DNA of 64,000 bases from a bacterium (GCA_018812485.1 JAHJDO010000103.1:3929-67928); one strand, 5' to 3'. Positions 7,589 through 17,962 are shown, counted from the stretch's first letter. A program made the numbers and translations. Notes: generated by a model from the letters alone, not told the origin.

Positions 7589-9829
7589 ATGAATAAGAAA
7601 TTTGCAAATGTTGTATTTCCAATAGCGGTTGATAAGGAATTTCAGTATGAAATACCTGAGAGCATTGGATATAGGATTGAGGTCGGAATGCGGGTGTCTG
7701 TGCCCTTCGGCAGGCGTAAGAGCATTGGATATGTTGTAAGCATTACGGATAAAGCTGTTTATAAGAATCTAAAAGCTATAAGCAGACTGCTGGATAATTT
7801 TGCAGTGTTTGATGAAAAGATGCTTGAGTTCACAAAGTGGATAAGCAGGTATTATTACTGCAGCTGGGGAATAGTGCTTGAGACAGCCTTGCCGCCGGGC
7901 ATGAAAAAAGAAGTCATCTCACGTAAAAAGCAGAGGATTGTATCTGTAGCAAAACCTCAAAAGACAATCTGTTCTGACATTGATTCCAAAAAGATAAAAT
8001 CTGCAAAACAGATAAAAGTCCTGAAGATATTATTATCAGCTAAAGGAATTTGTATGGAATGCAAGGCATTGTGCGGTTTCGCAGGTGTAACAGAAGCTGT
8101 TGTGAAATCATTGAAGAAGAATGGATATGTAGGTGTAAGTCCTAAGGTTTTTTACAGAGACCCGTTTGCAAGAGAGACTGTTATAAATACTCAACATCTT
8201 TCTCTGACCAGTGATCAAAGCAGTGTTCTTAAAAAGGTAGTAAGTTCTATTAAAAAAGGATGCTTCAATACCTTTTTGCTTCATGGTATTACAGGCAGTG
8301 GGAAAACGGAGATTTATCTTCAGACAATTGATTTCTGCATAAAAAACAAAAAACAGGCAATTGTCCTTGTTCCTGAGATATCTTTAGCTTCCCAGATTAT
8401 TCAAATATTCAAATCGCGCTTTGGAGACAGAGTTGCCATATTGCATAGCCGCTTATCCAAAGGGGAAAGATATGATGAATGGGAGAAAATCAAAAAGGGA
8501 AAAGTAGATATTGTTGTTGGTGCAAGGTCAGCAATATTTGCGCCGTTTAGTAATACCGGGCTGATAATAGTGGATGAATCACATGAGCCTGCATATAAAC
8601 AAGGAGAGACGCCCAGATATAATGGCAGGGATGTGGCTATAATGCGCGGAAAACTCGCTAATATAACGGTTTTGCTTGGAACAGCCACTCCTTCCCTTGA
8701 GACATATTATAATATAGAAGCAGGGAAGTATGAACTTATTGAGTTGAAAGAGCGAATAGATAAAAGAAAGCTGCCTGATGTCAGGATTGTTGATATGCAG
8801 GACCGCAATGTGAAGATTCCTGAGTCTCAGGTTTTCTCAAAGCCGTTGCTACTGGCTATCAAAGATAAACTTTCAAAGAAAGAGCAAATAATATTGTTTT
8901 TAAACAGGCGGGGTTTTTCAACATATATTATGTGCTATAAATGCGGCTATGTTGCAAGATGTCCGGAATGTAACGTGTCGCTGGTTTATCATTCACAACA
9001 GGATAAAGTGAGATGCCATTATTGCAATTTTGAGGATAAACCTCCAAATATATGTCCTGAGTGCCAGGCCTTCTATGTAAAATACAGTGGTTATGGAACA
9101 GAGAAAGTAGAGGAGGAAATATCAAGCTTATTCCCTCATGCGAAATATCAGAGAATGGATACAGATACTACAACCCGAAAGAATTCTCATCAGGGAATAT
9201 TAAGGGGATTCAAGCATCATGAATTTGATATACTTATAGGAACGCAGATGATAGCAAAAGGACTGGATTTTCCAAAAGTTACATTGGTAGGTGTTATTTC
9301 TGCCGATACAAGTCTTTTTTTTCCGGACTTCCGCTCAGGAGAAAGAACATTCCAGCTTTTAACGCAGATTGCAGGCCGTTCAGGCAGAGGGCCCGTCCCA
9401 GGCGAGGTTATTATTCAAACTTATAATCCAAATCATTTTAGTATTATTGCTTCAAGCACCTATAATTATAATGATTTCTACAAAAAGGAAATGCTTTTCA
9501 GAAAAGGTCTTAACTACCCGCCTTTCAGACACATAGTTCTAATAACCGTCAAAGGACATGACAGCGCAAAGGTTATAAGAGCATCTAATGGTTTGGTTTT
9601 CCTGCTGAAGAAAGAATTGAGCGGTCAGGATTGTAAGCTTCTCGGTCCGGCGCCGGCTCCTATGGCAAAAATAAAGAATCAGTATCGCTGGCATATTCTT
9701 ATAAAGCATAAGATGCCTGGGAAAATAAACGGTTTTATTGAAAGATCTATGAAGGGATTAAAGCGCAGCAAGTTACAAATGGGGAAAACTAATATAATGG
9801 TGGATATTGATCCGATGAATACGCTCTGA
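7589..9829 (+). CDS. priA: Primosomal protein N' (replication restart helicase PriA)
   Basis: It has Walker A GITGSGKTEIYL and a DESHE (DExH) box. Cys-rich zinc fingers are present (CPECNVSLVYH...CHYCNF...CPEC). Size is 746 aa. Confidence 0.9.
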   Translation: MNKKFANVVFPIAVDKEFQYEIPESIGYRIEVGMRVSVPFGRRKSIGYVVSITDKAVYKNLKAISRLLDNFAVFDEKMLEFTKWISRYYYCSWGIVLETALPPGMKKEVISRKKQRIVSVAKPQKTICSDIDSKKIKSAKQIKVLKILLSAKGICMECKALCGFAGVTEAVVKSLKKNGYVGVSPKVFYRDPFARETVINTQHLSLTSDQSSVLKKVVSSIKKGCFNTFLLHGITGSGKTEIYLQTIDFCIKNKKQAIVLVPEISLASQIIQIFKSRFGDRVAILHSRLSKGERYDEWEKIKKGKVDIVVGARSAIFAPFSNTGLIIVDESHEPAYKQGETPRYNGRDVAIMRGKLANITVLLGTATPSLETYYNIEAGKYELIELKERIDKRKLPDVRIVDMQDRNVKIPESQVFSKPLLLAIKDKLSKKEQIILFLNRRGFSTYIMCYKCGYVARCPECNVSLVYHSQQDKVRCHYCNFEDKPPNICPECQAFYVKYSGYGTEKVEEEISSLFPHAKYQRMDTDTTTRKNSHQGILRGFKHHEFDILIGTQMIAKGLDFPKVTLVGVISADTSLFFPDFRSGERTFQLLTQIAGRSGRGPVPGEVIIQTYNPNHFSIIASSTYNYNDFYKKEMLFRKGLNYPPFRHIVLITVKGHDSAKVIRASNGLVFLLKKELSGQDCKLLGPAPAPMAKIKNQYRWHILIKHKMPGKINGFIERSMKGLKRSKLQMGKTNIMVDIDPMNTL

Positions 9830-9902
9830 AAATTTTTCTTGAACTTAGCATATTAGATTGCTATCATAAAATGCAATTTAAATTTACCCATTTGATGAAT
9901 GT

Positions 9903-10074
9903 GGGAGAGATTCTAGGCTAACGGTTGTGTATTTCAGCTTGGGGCGCCGAAGGGGTAATACTCTCAGGCAAAAGGACCGCATTCTGATGGGCCTCTGGAG
10001 AAGACAGAATTACCGAAGGGGTAATTTCTCTGAATAGAGTTTAGAGAAAGATCTCTCAGGTTAAAAAGGACAGG
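9903..10074 (+). promoter_or_regulatory. Tandem glycine riboswitch (two aptamers) in the gcvT leader
   Basis: Aptamer 1 reads GGGAGAG...CGCCGAAGGGGUAA...CUCUCAGGCAAAAGGACCG. Aptamer 2 reads CUCUGGAGAAG...ACCGAAGGGGUAA...CUCUCAGGUUAAAAAGGACAG. Both match the conserved glycine-aptamer cores. Confidence 0.8.
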
Positions 10075-10111
10075 GGAGAGTGATTGGAATAATCATTCTC
10101 CCTATTTTTTT
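10074..10111 (+). terminator. Intrinsic terminator forming the riboswitch expression platform
   Basis: GGGAGAGTGATT-ggaat-AATCATTCTCCC forms a 12-bp stem with one G-U pair, followed by TATTTTTTT. The 5' arm overlaps the aptamer-2 3' strand, giving an antiterminator arrangement. Confidence 0.7.
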
Positions 10112-10130
10112 GGAATAAAAGAAGGTTTTT

Positions 10131-11204
10131 ATGAAAACCCCGTTGTATGACTGGCATGTTGCTAATAAAGCGAGAATGGTTGAATTTGGCGGATGGGAAA
10201 TGCCTGTTTATTATACTACTGTTTCAGATGAACACAATTGTGTCAGAAAAAATGTCGGGCTTTTTGACCTGTGTCATATGGGGCAGATTAGTGTTTCAGG
10301 AGATAATGCATTGGAATTTCTGCAACAGATAGCAACTAACAATATTTCCAAGATAGCACCCGGCCAGGTTCAGTATTCTCTGGTTTGCAATAATTCTGGC
10401 GGAGTTATTGATGATGTTCTTGTGTATAAGAAGAGTAATAGTTATCTTGTTATAGTAAATGCATCTAATACTCAGAAGGATTTTGAATGGTTTAATGCGC
10501 ATAAAATTAGCGATGCAGAGATTAGTAATGTATCAAATGATATTTTAATGTTAGCAGTACAGGGTCCAAATGCCGAAAAGTGTCTTCAGAAGATTGTGAA
10601 TATAGATTTAAAAGAGATAAAGTATTATTATTTCAAAATGGGGGAGATAAACGGGACGAAGTCCCTGATATCACGAACAGGTTATACAGGGGAAGACGGG
10701 TTTGAAATATATGCAGAATGCGACACGAAGGTATGGGAAGCTATACTTGATGCAGGAAAAGAATACGCAATTAAACCAATAGGGCTTGGAGCACGGGATA
10801 CTTTGCGTTTAGAAGCAGCAATGCCTCTTTATGGACATGAATTAGATATAGATACTAATCCGTTGGAAGCCGGATTAGGACATTTTGTAGACAGCAATAA
10901 AAAAGGGTTCATAGGAAAAGATGCGATTGAAAGGATAAAGAAAGAAGGAATAAGTAAAAAACTAGTTGCGTTTCGTATGCTGGATAGAGGCATACCAAGG
11001 CATGGATATAAAATAGTTAAAAATGGTAAAATAGCTGGAAAGGTGACAAGCGGCACAATGTCTCCGACTTTGAATGAAGCAATAGGATTGGGGTATATAG
11101 GGGAAGAGTACTCGGATTTAAACACAAAGATAGATATTGTTATAAGAGATAAAGGTTATGAAGCAATTATTATAAAGAAGCCATTTTATAAAAGGAAGGG
11201 ATAG
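10131..11204 (+). CDS. gcvT: Glycine cleavage system T protein (aminomethyltransferase)
   Basis: The protein is 357 aa. The N-terminus KTPLYDWHVANKARMVEFGGWEMPVYY is typical of GcvT. It sits directly behind the riboswitch. Confidence 0.9.
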   Translation: MKTPLYDWHVANKARMVEFGGWEMPVYYTTVSDEHNCVRKNVGLFDLCHMGQISVSGDNALEFLQQIATNNISKIAPGQVQYSLVCNNSGGVIDDVLVYKKSNSYLVIVNASNTQKDFEWFNAHKISDAEISNVSNDILMLAVQGPNAEKCLQKIVNIDLKEIKYYYFKMGEINGTKSLISRTGYTGEDGFEIYAECDTKVWEAILDAGKEYAIKPIGLGARDTLRLEAAMPLYGHELDIDTNPLEAGLGHFVDSNKKGFIGKDAIERIKKEGISKKLVAFRMLDRGIPRHGYKIVKNGKIAGKVTSGTMSPTLNEAIGLGYIGEEYSDLNTKIDIVIRDKGYEAIIIKKPFYKRKG

Positions 11205-11206
11205 TA

Positions 11207-11599
11207 ATGGGAACAGAGAAAAAGGGATTTAAATTCTTAGAAACACATGAATGGATTAATGTCTCAGGAAATATTGGCAGAGTAGGGCTCTCGGAGTATG
11301 CAGTAAAAGAATTAAATGAGGTGGTTTTTATTGAACTCCCTGAAGTTGGAGTGCAAGTTAGCCATAGCAAACCATTTGGAACAGTTGAATCTGTTAAAGC
11401 AGTTTTTGATTTGAATTCACCGGTAACAGGAAAGGTTGTAGCTGTAAACCAATTAGTAAAAGACAGCCCTGAAAAGGTTGCCTCAGATCCCTATGAAGAA
11501 GGATGGATGATAGAAATAGAATTACCCGATGTTTCTGAGCTAGATTCATTAATGGATTATGAAGAGTACAATCAATTTCTTGAAAGCAAGGTAAAATAA
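11207..11599 (+). CDS. gcvH: Glycine cleavage system H protein
   Basis: The protein is 130 aa. The lipoyl-lysine motif is ESVKA, and the N-terminus reads FLETHEWI. Confidence 0.9.
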   Translation: MGTEKKGFKFLETHEWINVSGNIGRVGLSEYAVKELNEVVFIELPEVGVQVSHSKPFGTVESVKAVFDLNSPVTGKVVAVNQLVKDSPEKVASDPYEEGWMIEIELPDVSELDSLMDYEEYNQFLESKVK

Positions 11600-11600
11600 A

Positions 11601-12941
11601 ATGGTATATATACCTAATACTTCCAGAGATAAGAAAGAAATGTTAGAGACTGTAGGATGTAAATCTATAGATGATTTATTTATAGGAATAGATCAAAGAG
11701 TTAAGTTAAAGGGCAAATTGAAATTGCCGAAATCCCTTTCTGAAATGGAAGTTACTGCCCTTATAAAAGAGATAGGGGAGAAAAATGCTGGTTTAAAAGA
11801 TTATATATCGTTTCTTGGCGGGGGAGCGTATGAACATTTTATTCCGAGTGTTGTGAAGCATATTACAGGAAGGTCAGAATTCTATACCGCTTATACTCCA
11901 TATCAGGCTGAAGCAAGTCAGGGGACATTGCAGGCAATATATGAATATCAGTCTCTTATATGCGAGCTTACTGGGATGGATGTTTCAAATGCATCTATGT
12001 ATGATGGAGCATCAGCAGTGTCTGAAGCAGCTTTTATGGCATCAAGAATTACTGGTCTAAAGAAAATTATTGTCTCTGAAACAGTTCATCCGCATTACCG
12101 CCAGGTTTTGAAAACATATACTGAAGCCGCTGATTTGGAATTGCGTGACATCGCATCCAGAGATGGAATGGTGGATATAGATATGTTGAAAGAATCGATA
12201 GATGATAATACAGCGTGTGTAATAATTCAGAATCCAAACTTTTTTGGATGTCTTGAACATGTGGATACTATTGAGCACATTGTCCATTCTAAGAAATCGC
12301 TGTTTATTATGTGTATTGATCCATTATCTCTCGGCATTTTAGCTCCACCAGGAGAATATGGAGCAGATATTGTTGTTGGAGAAGGGCAGTCTCTTGGTAA
12401 TAACCTTGCTTTTGGAGGTCCTTATTTAGGGCTTTTTTCCTGCAAGAAAGATTTTCTTCGGCAAATGCCCGGAAGAATTGTGGGGAGAACGAAGGATAAA
12501 AATGGGAATACTGGATATGTTCTCACTCTGCAAACACGTGAACAGCATATAAGAAGAGCGAGAGCAACCTCGAATATCTGCTCTAATCAGGCTTTAAACG
12601 CTCTTGCCTGTACTGTATATCTTTCATGTATGGGGAAACAGGGTATTACCGATGTAGGTAATTTATGTTTGCAGAAAGCTCATTATGCTCAAAAAGAGAT
12701 TGAAAAGATAGATGGATATACTCTGAAATTCAAGCAGCCGTTCTTTAAGGAATTTCTTATACAATGTCCCATGAATCCTGAAGAAATTAATAAGAGGTTA
12801 TTAGAGCACAATATAATTGGCGGTCTCTCAGTTGACAAATTTTATCCTGAATTAAAAGACTGCATGCTTGTGTGTATAACTGAGATGAGAACAAAAGGAC
12901 AGATTGACAAGTTTGTTAATGTACTTGCTAAGATAGGTTAA
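11601..12941 (+). CDS. gcvPA: Glycine dehydrogenase (decarboxylating) subunit 1
   Basis: The protein is 446 aa with a PLP-dependent fold. It continues the gcvTH operon with a 1-nt spacing. Confidence 0.9.
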   Translation: MVYIPNTSRDKKEMLETVGCKSIDDLFIGIDQRVKLKGKLKLPKSLSEMEVTALIKEIGEKNAGLKDYISFLGGGAYEHFIPSVVKHITGRSEFYTAYTPYQAEASQGTLQAIYEYQSLICELTGMDVSNASMYDGASAVSEAAFMASRITGLKKIIVSETVHPHYRQVLKTYTEAADLELRDIASRDGMVDIDMLKESIDDNTACVIIQNPNFFGCLEHVDTIEHIVHSKKSLFIMCIDPLSLGILAPPGEYGADIVVGEGQSLGNNLAFGGPYLGLFSCKKDFLRQMPGRIVGRTKDKNGNTGYVLTLQTREQHIRRARATSNICSNQALNALACTVYLSCMGKQGITDVGNLCLQKAHYAQKEIEKIDGYTLKFKQPFFKEFLIQCPMNPEEINKRLLEHNIIGGLSVDKFYPELKDCMLVCITEMRTKGQIDKFVNVLAKIG

Positions 12942-12994
12942 AGCTTAAAAAGAGATAAATGCCTTAATCACGCCATGTCATATGATATTCTTTT

Positions 12995-13822
12995 TTATGC
13001 ACGTGTTTTTCCTCCTGAAATATTATATGTCGTTCCAGTAATATAACTTGCTCTTTTAGAAGCTAAAAAACAGACTAAATCTGATACTTCTCTTAATTTT
13101 CCGACTTTTTCCAATGGAACAGAAACTTTTTTATATCCTTCTCTAAGCTGTTTTATTGTTATTCCTCTTGTGTAAGCAAGAGCTTTTTCATATTCAGGGT
13201 TTCTCAATGCTGTTTTTTCTAATATGCCTGGAGCAACTCCAATTACTCTTATCCCGTATCTTCCCAATTCTTTACCCCATGATCTTGTAAATGCATACAA
13301 AGCTGCCTTTGTAGCTGCATAGCAGCTTTGCCCTTCGGAGCCCTCTAATCCACATTCAGATGTTATGTTAATTATTGCTCCTTCAACTTGTTTTTTAATC
13401 ATCTCTCTTACGACCGCTTGTGTGCATAAATAAACGCCCTTCTGGTTTATAGATATCATCCTGTCAAATTCATCTTCGTGAAGTTCATATTTTCCTTTGG
13501 GGTCATTAGGTGAGACAAGCAGTCTTGGAATATTAATTCCCGCATTGTTAACCAGAATATCTATTTTATTGTAAGCTTCAATAGTTTTTTTAACCATTCT
13601 TTCAACACTGGCTATTTTAGTAATGTCAGTTTGAATATATAAATATTTTTCATTCTCTCTGGATAATTGTGGTTGTTTAATAATATCTTCACTTTTTTCC
13701 ATTATATCAGCTACAACAACGCTACAACCATTCTCAGCAAGTGCAATGGCTACTTCTCTACCAATACCTGATGCAGCGCCTGTTATAATTGCAATTTTAT
13801 CTTCCAGATTGAGCCAAGACAT
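12995..13822 (-). CDS. SDR-family oxidoreductase (short-chain dehydrogenase/reductase)
   Basis: It has the cofactor motif TGAASGIGREVA and a catalytic YxxxK (YAATKAAL). An AAGGAGGG RBS precedes the start. Confidence 0.8.
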   Translation of the reverse strand: MSWLNLEDKIAIITGAASGIGREVAIALAENGCSVVVADIMEKSEDIIKQPQLSRENEKYLYIQTDITKIASVERMVKKTIEAYNKIDILVNNAGINIPRLLVSPNDPKGKYELHEDEFDRMISINQKGVYLCTQAVVREMIKKQVEGAIINITSECGLEGSEGQSCYAATKAALYAFTRSWGKELGRYGIRVIGVAPGILEKTALRNPEYEKALAYTRGITIKQLREGYKKVSVPLEKVGKLREVSDLVCFLASKRASYITGTTYNISGGKTRA

Positions 13823-13839
13823 TTTACTTGCCCTCCTTT

Positions 13840-14961
13840 TTAGGTTAGTATCCTTTTTACTACATCTATTGTTTTGCCTGCATCACCTGTTGCCTGAGCT
13901 TTCTTTAACTCATCTCGTCTGGCATAAATCATAAGAGCCTTTTTCATTACATTGGCAAACAGCTCTCTTGAGAGTGACATTGCTTTTACAGGGTTCATCC
14001 TGTAAGTGAACTGATCTTCACCGAACCATCCCTGATATCCTGTATCAATTGCTGCGTAACAGAAATCTGCAAGTCTCCAGTTATCTCCTGTTCCGGCAAC
14101 TCTGTCCTCATCATTGGAATGCAATTTTGCGTTATTAACGTGGAAATTGACAACAGGTATGCCAAATTTTTTAGCTGTGTATAAATTATCTGCCGGCTCA
14201 TTTCCATACATCTGCTCATGTCCGTAATCTATTGCAACACCCATGTTTTTTCCTCCGCAGGCAGAGTTGACACAGCCTGCAACAAGCATTGCCTTTGGAG
14301 TTGTTGATATGATCATATTGCCTTCTCTTGGCTCGTGAAGCTTTGCTTCAACTCCGAATTTTAATCCAAGTTTTTTTGCCTTTTTGTTTATCTCGATACA
14401 TCCTTGTACAAATCTGTCAAGAAGCACGCCATAATCAGCCTGAAAGTTATAATCCCAACCGTCTGAACCAGGCCACAGAGCAACGCTTATACATCCGACT
14501 TCTTTTGCTATTTCAACTCCCTGAAGCGCTATTTTGAGAGCATCTTTTCTTACTGCTGAATTTGCATTTGTTATCCCGCCGAACTTCCACTTTGGATCAG
14601 TCCACAGGTTTGTATTCATATTTGTCGGCGTAATTTTATACTTCTTAAGCGCTTTTTTTACTTCATCTATGACTTTCTGGTCCTTTTTGTAATTTTTGTC
14701 TATAAAAACAGACTCGTGAAATTCTATTCCAGCTATTCCTGCTTCTGCTACTCTTTGTATTTGTGAAACGATATCACTTTTAAAATTTTCCTTATTACTG
14801 TTATATCCAAGAGGTGCAAACCTGTCGCAGAAGTCCCCTGCGCACCAATGCCCCGCAGCAAACTTTATCTCGTATGTTTCAAAGAACGCATCAAGCTTTT
14901 TTCCTTCAAGATATCCTTGAAATTTTGGGAGTTGCTTCAAGGTGTTTTTATCTACTTTCAT
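13840..14961 (-). CDS. Xylose-isomerase-like TIM-barrel sugar isomerase (L-rhamnose-isomerase-like)
   Basis: The motif FGVEAKLHEPREGN resembles the xylose isomerase EPKPxEP motif. Metal-ligand-like His/Asp/Glu residues are present, the protein is 373 aa, and it has an AGGAGA RBS. Confidence 0.5.
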   Translation of the reverse strand: MKVDKNTLKQLPKFQGYLEGKKLDAFFETYEIKFAAGHWCAGDFCDRFAPLGYNSNKENFKSDIVSQIQRVAEAGIAGIEFHESVFIDKNYKKDQKVIDEVKKALKKYKITPTNMNTNLWTDPKWKFGGITNANSAVRKDALKIALQGVEIAKEVGCISVALWPGSDGWDYNFQADYGVLLDRFVQGCIEINKKAKKLGLKFGVEAKLHEPREGNMIISTTPKAMLVAGCVNSACGGKNMGVAIDYGHEQMYGNEPADNLYTAKKFGIPVVNFHVNNAKLHSNDEDRVAGTGDNWRLADFCYAAIDTGYQGWFGEDQFTYRMNPVKAMSLSRELFANVMKKALMIYARRDELKKAQATGDAGKTIDVVKRILT

Positions 14962-14965
14962 TCTT

Positions 14966-17962
14966 TCAATCTCCTGTTTTGTTATATTCGATAATTTCTA
15001 CTTTACCAAATATTCCATAAGATACAAACTTATATTTATCTGTCCATTTTTCTTCCTTGCAAAAATGTCCGGGACCTACTGATTTTAATTTACCTTTGTA
15101 GTGAAGCGGACCCAGCATATTTCTCAAGCTTCCAACAAGCTCAAGACCGATTTTGTTAGTGCCTCTCTTTAGAAGTTTTGTGATATCCAGTTCATACGGC
15201 TCCCAGCACAAAAGACCAGCTTGCCTGTTGTTTATCTTTATATTTATTATCGCTGCCTTATGCTTATTAATCTTGAGTATATATTTCCTGTTTTTTCTCT
15301 TATCAACAGATATATCCTGTTTGTACGTTATTGAACCCGGATAAAACGGAAAACCCTGTTCTACCCAATTACCTGTTTTGATTGTATTTTGTGATTTTTC
15401 AAGAACAAGATTATTCTTATTAACACTGAAATCTCCGACTATATAACAATTTTCCAGCTCAACATCCTGTCTGTATTTCTTTGTGACAAGCAAAACTTCG
15501 TTTTTCCCCTTTTTCAGATATTTGGCTACAGGGATTAATTTGAAACTTATGTCAATATACCACTCAGGGTTTTTATACATAACCTTTTTGTTATTAATAA
15601 AAATATCGAAGTTTTGTGGTTCTTCAATCAATAAATTGATGTTATTAGCAGAATCCAGATTTGACAAGAATTCAAATTTTAGAGAGACTTTTGCATTGTC
15701 TAAGTCTTTCATATTCTTGTATGCTTTCCAGAACTGAACGCCAGTGTTACTCTTTATCTCAGGCAATCCGAAGTGTTCTCTGATTTGTTCCTGAGCTTTC
15801 CATACAGGGAGGAGCATTCTGCTCCATTTTTTATCCTGTATTCTGTATCTACAGAAATCAAGTGTCAGAGCGTTCATATGAGACAACTCAATATTCCATT
15901 TATCCTTTGAAACTGCTACTTTTTGCGTCTCCATTTCCTTTCTTTCCACAGCTTTTGGTTTTTTCCCCGGATCCAATGAGAGAAGCAAAGAACCTGTTGA
16001 ATATATATGATGTTTTGTTTCAGCATAGCCTTCTGTGTTCACTGTTTCGACTTCACAGATATCTCCAGTTTCAGAATCCCATTTTTCAAAAACACCTTTC
16101 CCTTTCATCTTTATCGTAAGATCAAGCCCCATTTTTCTGTTCGTATTAACTAAAAACAGAAATTTCTTTTTGTTTATTTCTCTGAGCTGATAGATAATGT
16201 CTTTTGTATCATCTTTCTTCTTACCTGAAATTTGAACTTCTTTTTCCATGACTTTATTGAGTGTTTTTTCTATTTTATGCTTATCGTTATTTATTATCAG
16301 GGCATTTTTCTTTAAAAATTCTGTTATCTCTTTATTTAAATTTCCGTCTATTCTATCCGGTAGTTTTCCTATAGTCAGGATTTTTCCGCCTTGCGCAGTA
16401 AAGTTTTTTAGCAGTTTAAATATATTACTATTCCAGGTGATAGAGCAGGGAATAATTACCACTTTGTATCCGACTTCTCCGATTATAAATTTCCCGTCTT
16501 TTGTTTTTCCGTGCTTTTCAATTACCATCTCATCCCCGTAATCATAATCCCTGTGAATCTCAAGAAGGATTTTTGAAAGATTCAGGAATTCTTCGTCTAA
16601 TTCGTTCAATGCTTCGGTTCCTTTTGGATGATATACGCTCCATGCGCTTCCTATTGGATGAAGAACCAGAATATCCCTTACAGCTTTTCCCTGAGACAGA
16701 ATAAAACTCAGTCTGCCATAATAATCCTCTACTTTCTTGTAATACTTCCACCATGGAGATTGATAATGGATTGAGGCAGGAAAATCTCTTTTTCTGCAGC
16801 CTTTCAGAGAGTACAAAGATAAGTGCTGGCATCTGAAGTTCACACCAAGCGCATACTGCCAGTCTCCAACCCATTTCTGACCTTCAAAGCTAAAATCCCA
16901 GCCTGTGCATCCGTAAAGTTCTGACAGGACTCTTTTACGCCCAAGTTGATTTGCGGCAGATGAACACTGTTTTACTGTAAGAATTTCCGATATTCTTTCT
17001 GTGAGAATATCTATCCCCGGCTGATGCATGTACATATAATGAGGCATTGCCGCTCCTATAGAGCTAATTTGGTGTTTTAAAGTTTGTTCTGCATTGTAAT
17101 GCCCTGTTTGCTGAAGATTATGTTTTTCGCACCAGTTATAAATATTCTCAGAAAAGTTCTTGAGAAATAGTTCTGTTACGCATTTCCAATAATCGTATCG
17201 AACTTTTTTAAAATCGCCCGTTTCATATATTAAAGAGGGAAGTTTATCAATAATACTGTAATTGCATCTTGAGTTAAAATGTTCCGGAAGTTTATCTGTC
17301 CACGGCAATACAGCTTTTACTTCTTTGGGTTTGACTTTAGTGAAACTGGCCCAGTGATGATAATTCGGCTCATCAGTAAAAATGCCAGGTATTGCTCCGC
17401 CAAATTCTTTTCCTGTTTCTTTCAAATAAGCTTCATGTGTGCTTTTTATAAACGCATCAACTGCTTCTTTACTCATTGTGTCAAGATATGAAGCTCCGTT
17501 GTACCACGGGCTGTCAGGAGCATACTCAAAGGTTGCAACTAACAACTTGTTTTTGGCATTGGGTATGGCTTCTACCAATATCTTCTTTTTAATATTCTTA
17601 GCATCTTTCGAAGAAATTTCTCTAAAAACAACTCCTTTATTTCTATATTTCTTATTCTTTGATGTAACAATCCCGCCTGCCGCTCCGCTTGGCCAGCAGT
17701 CTTCGTCATAGAGCCATGCATTCATTTCTGTTTTTTTAGCCTCATCCACACATGCCTTTATCATCTTCATCCATTCTCGGGACAGGTATTCTGTAATAAG
17801 CCCAACCCTGGAGTGCATGAAAAACCCACCCATACCGGCTTTTTTCATCTCTCTTATCTGTCTTCTAAGTTCAGCTTGTTCCAGCTTATCATTCCAGCTC
17901 CAGAACGGCGCTCCCCGCCAATCTTTGCCTGGATTTTTAAATGTTTTTTGAATTTGGTTCAT
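14966..17962 (-). CDS. Large glycoside hydrolase, GH106-like (alpha-L-rhamnosidase-type) family
   Basis: The N-terminus RGAPFWSWNDKL...MKKAGMGGFFMHSRVGL matches the BT0986/GH106-type start. The protein is 998 aa and has a GAGGAG RBS. Confidence 0.5.
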   Translation of the reverse strand: MNQIQKTFKNPGKDWRGAPFWSWNDKLEQAELRRQIREMKKAGMGGFFMHSRVGLITEYLSREWMKMIKACVDEAKKTEMNAWLYDEDCWPSGAAGGIVTSKNKKYRNKGVVFREISSKDAKNIKKKILVEAIPNAKNKLLVATFEYAPDSPWYNGASYLDTMSKEAVDAFIKSTHEAYLKETGKEFGGAIPGIFTDEPNYHHWASFTKVKPKEVKAVLPWTDKLPEHFNSRCNYSIIDKLPSLIYETGDFKKVRYDYWKCVTELFLKNFSENIYNWCEKHNLQQTGHYNAEQTLKHQISSIGAAMPHYMYMHQPGIDILTERISEILTVKQCSSAANQLGRKRVLSELYGCTGWDFSFEGQKWVGDWQYALGVNFRCQHLSLYSLKGCRKRDFPASIHYQSPWWKYYKKVEDYYGRLSFILSQGKAVRDILVLHPIGSAWSVYHPKGTEALNELDEEFLNLSKILLEIHRDYDYGDEMVIEKHGKTKDGKFIIGEVGYKVVIIPCSITWNSNIFKLLKNFTAQGGKILTIGKLPDRIDGNLNKEITEFLKKNALIINNDKHKIEKTLNKVMEKEVQISGKKKDDTKDIIYQLREINKKKFLFLVNTNRKMGLDLTIKMKGKGVFEKWDSETGDICEVETVNTEGYAETKHHIYSTGSLLLSLDPGKKPKAVERKEMETQKVAVSKDKWNIELSHMNALTLDFCRYRIQDKKWSRMLLPVWKAQEQIREHFGLPEIKSNTGVQFWKAYKNMKDLDNAKVSLKFEFLSNLDSANNINLLIEEPQNFDIFINNKKVMYKNPEWYIDISFKLIPVAKYLKKGKNEVLLVTKKYRQDVELENCYIVGDFSVNKNNLVLEKSQNTIKTGNWVEQGFPFYPGSITYKQDISVDKRKNRKYILKINKHKAAIINIKINNRQAGLLCWEPYELDITKLLKRGTNKIGLELVGSLRNMLGPLHYKGKLKSVGPGHFCKEEKWTDKYKFVSYGIFGKVEIIEYNKTGD

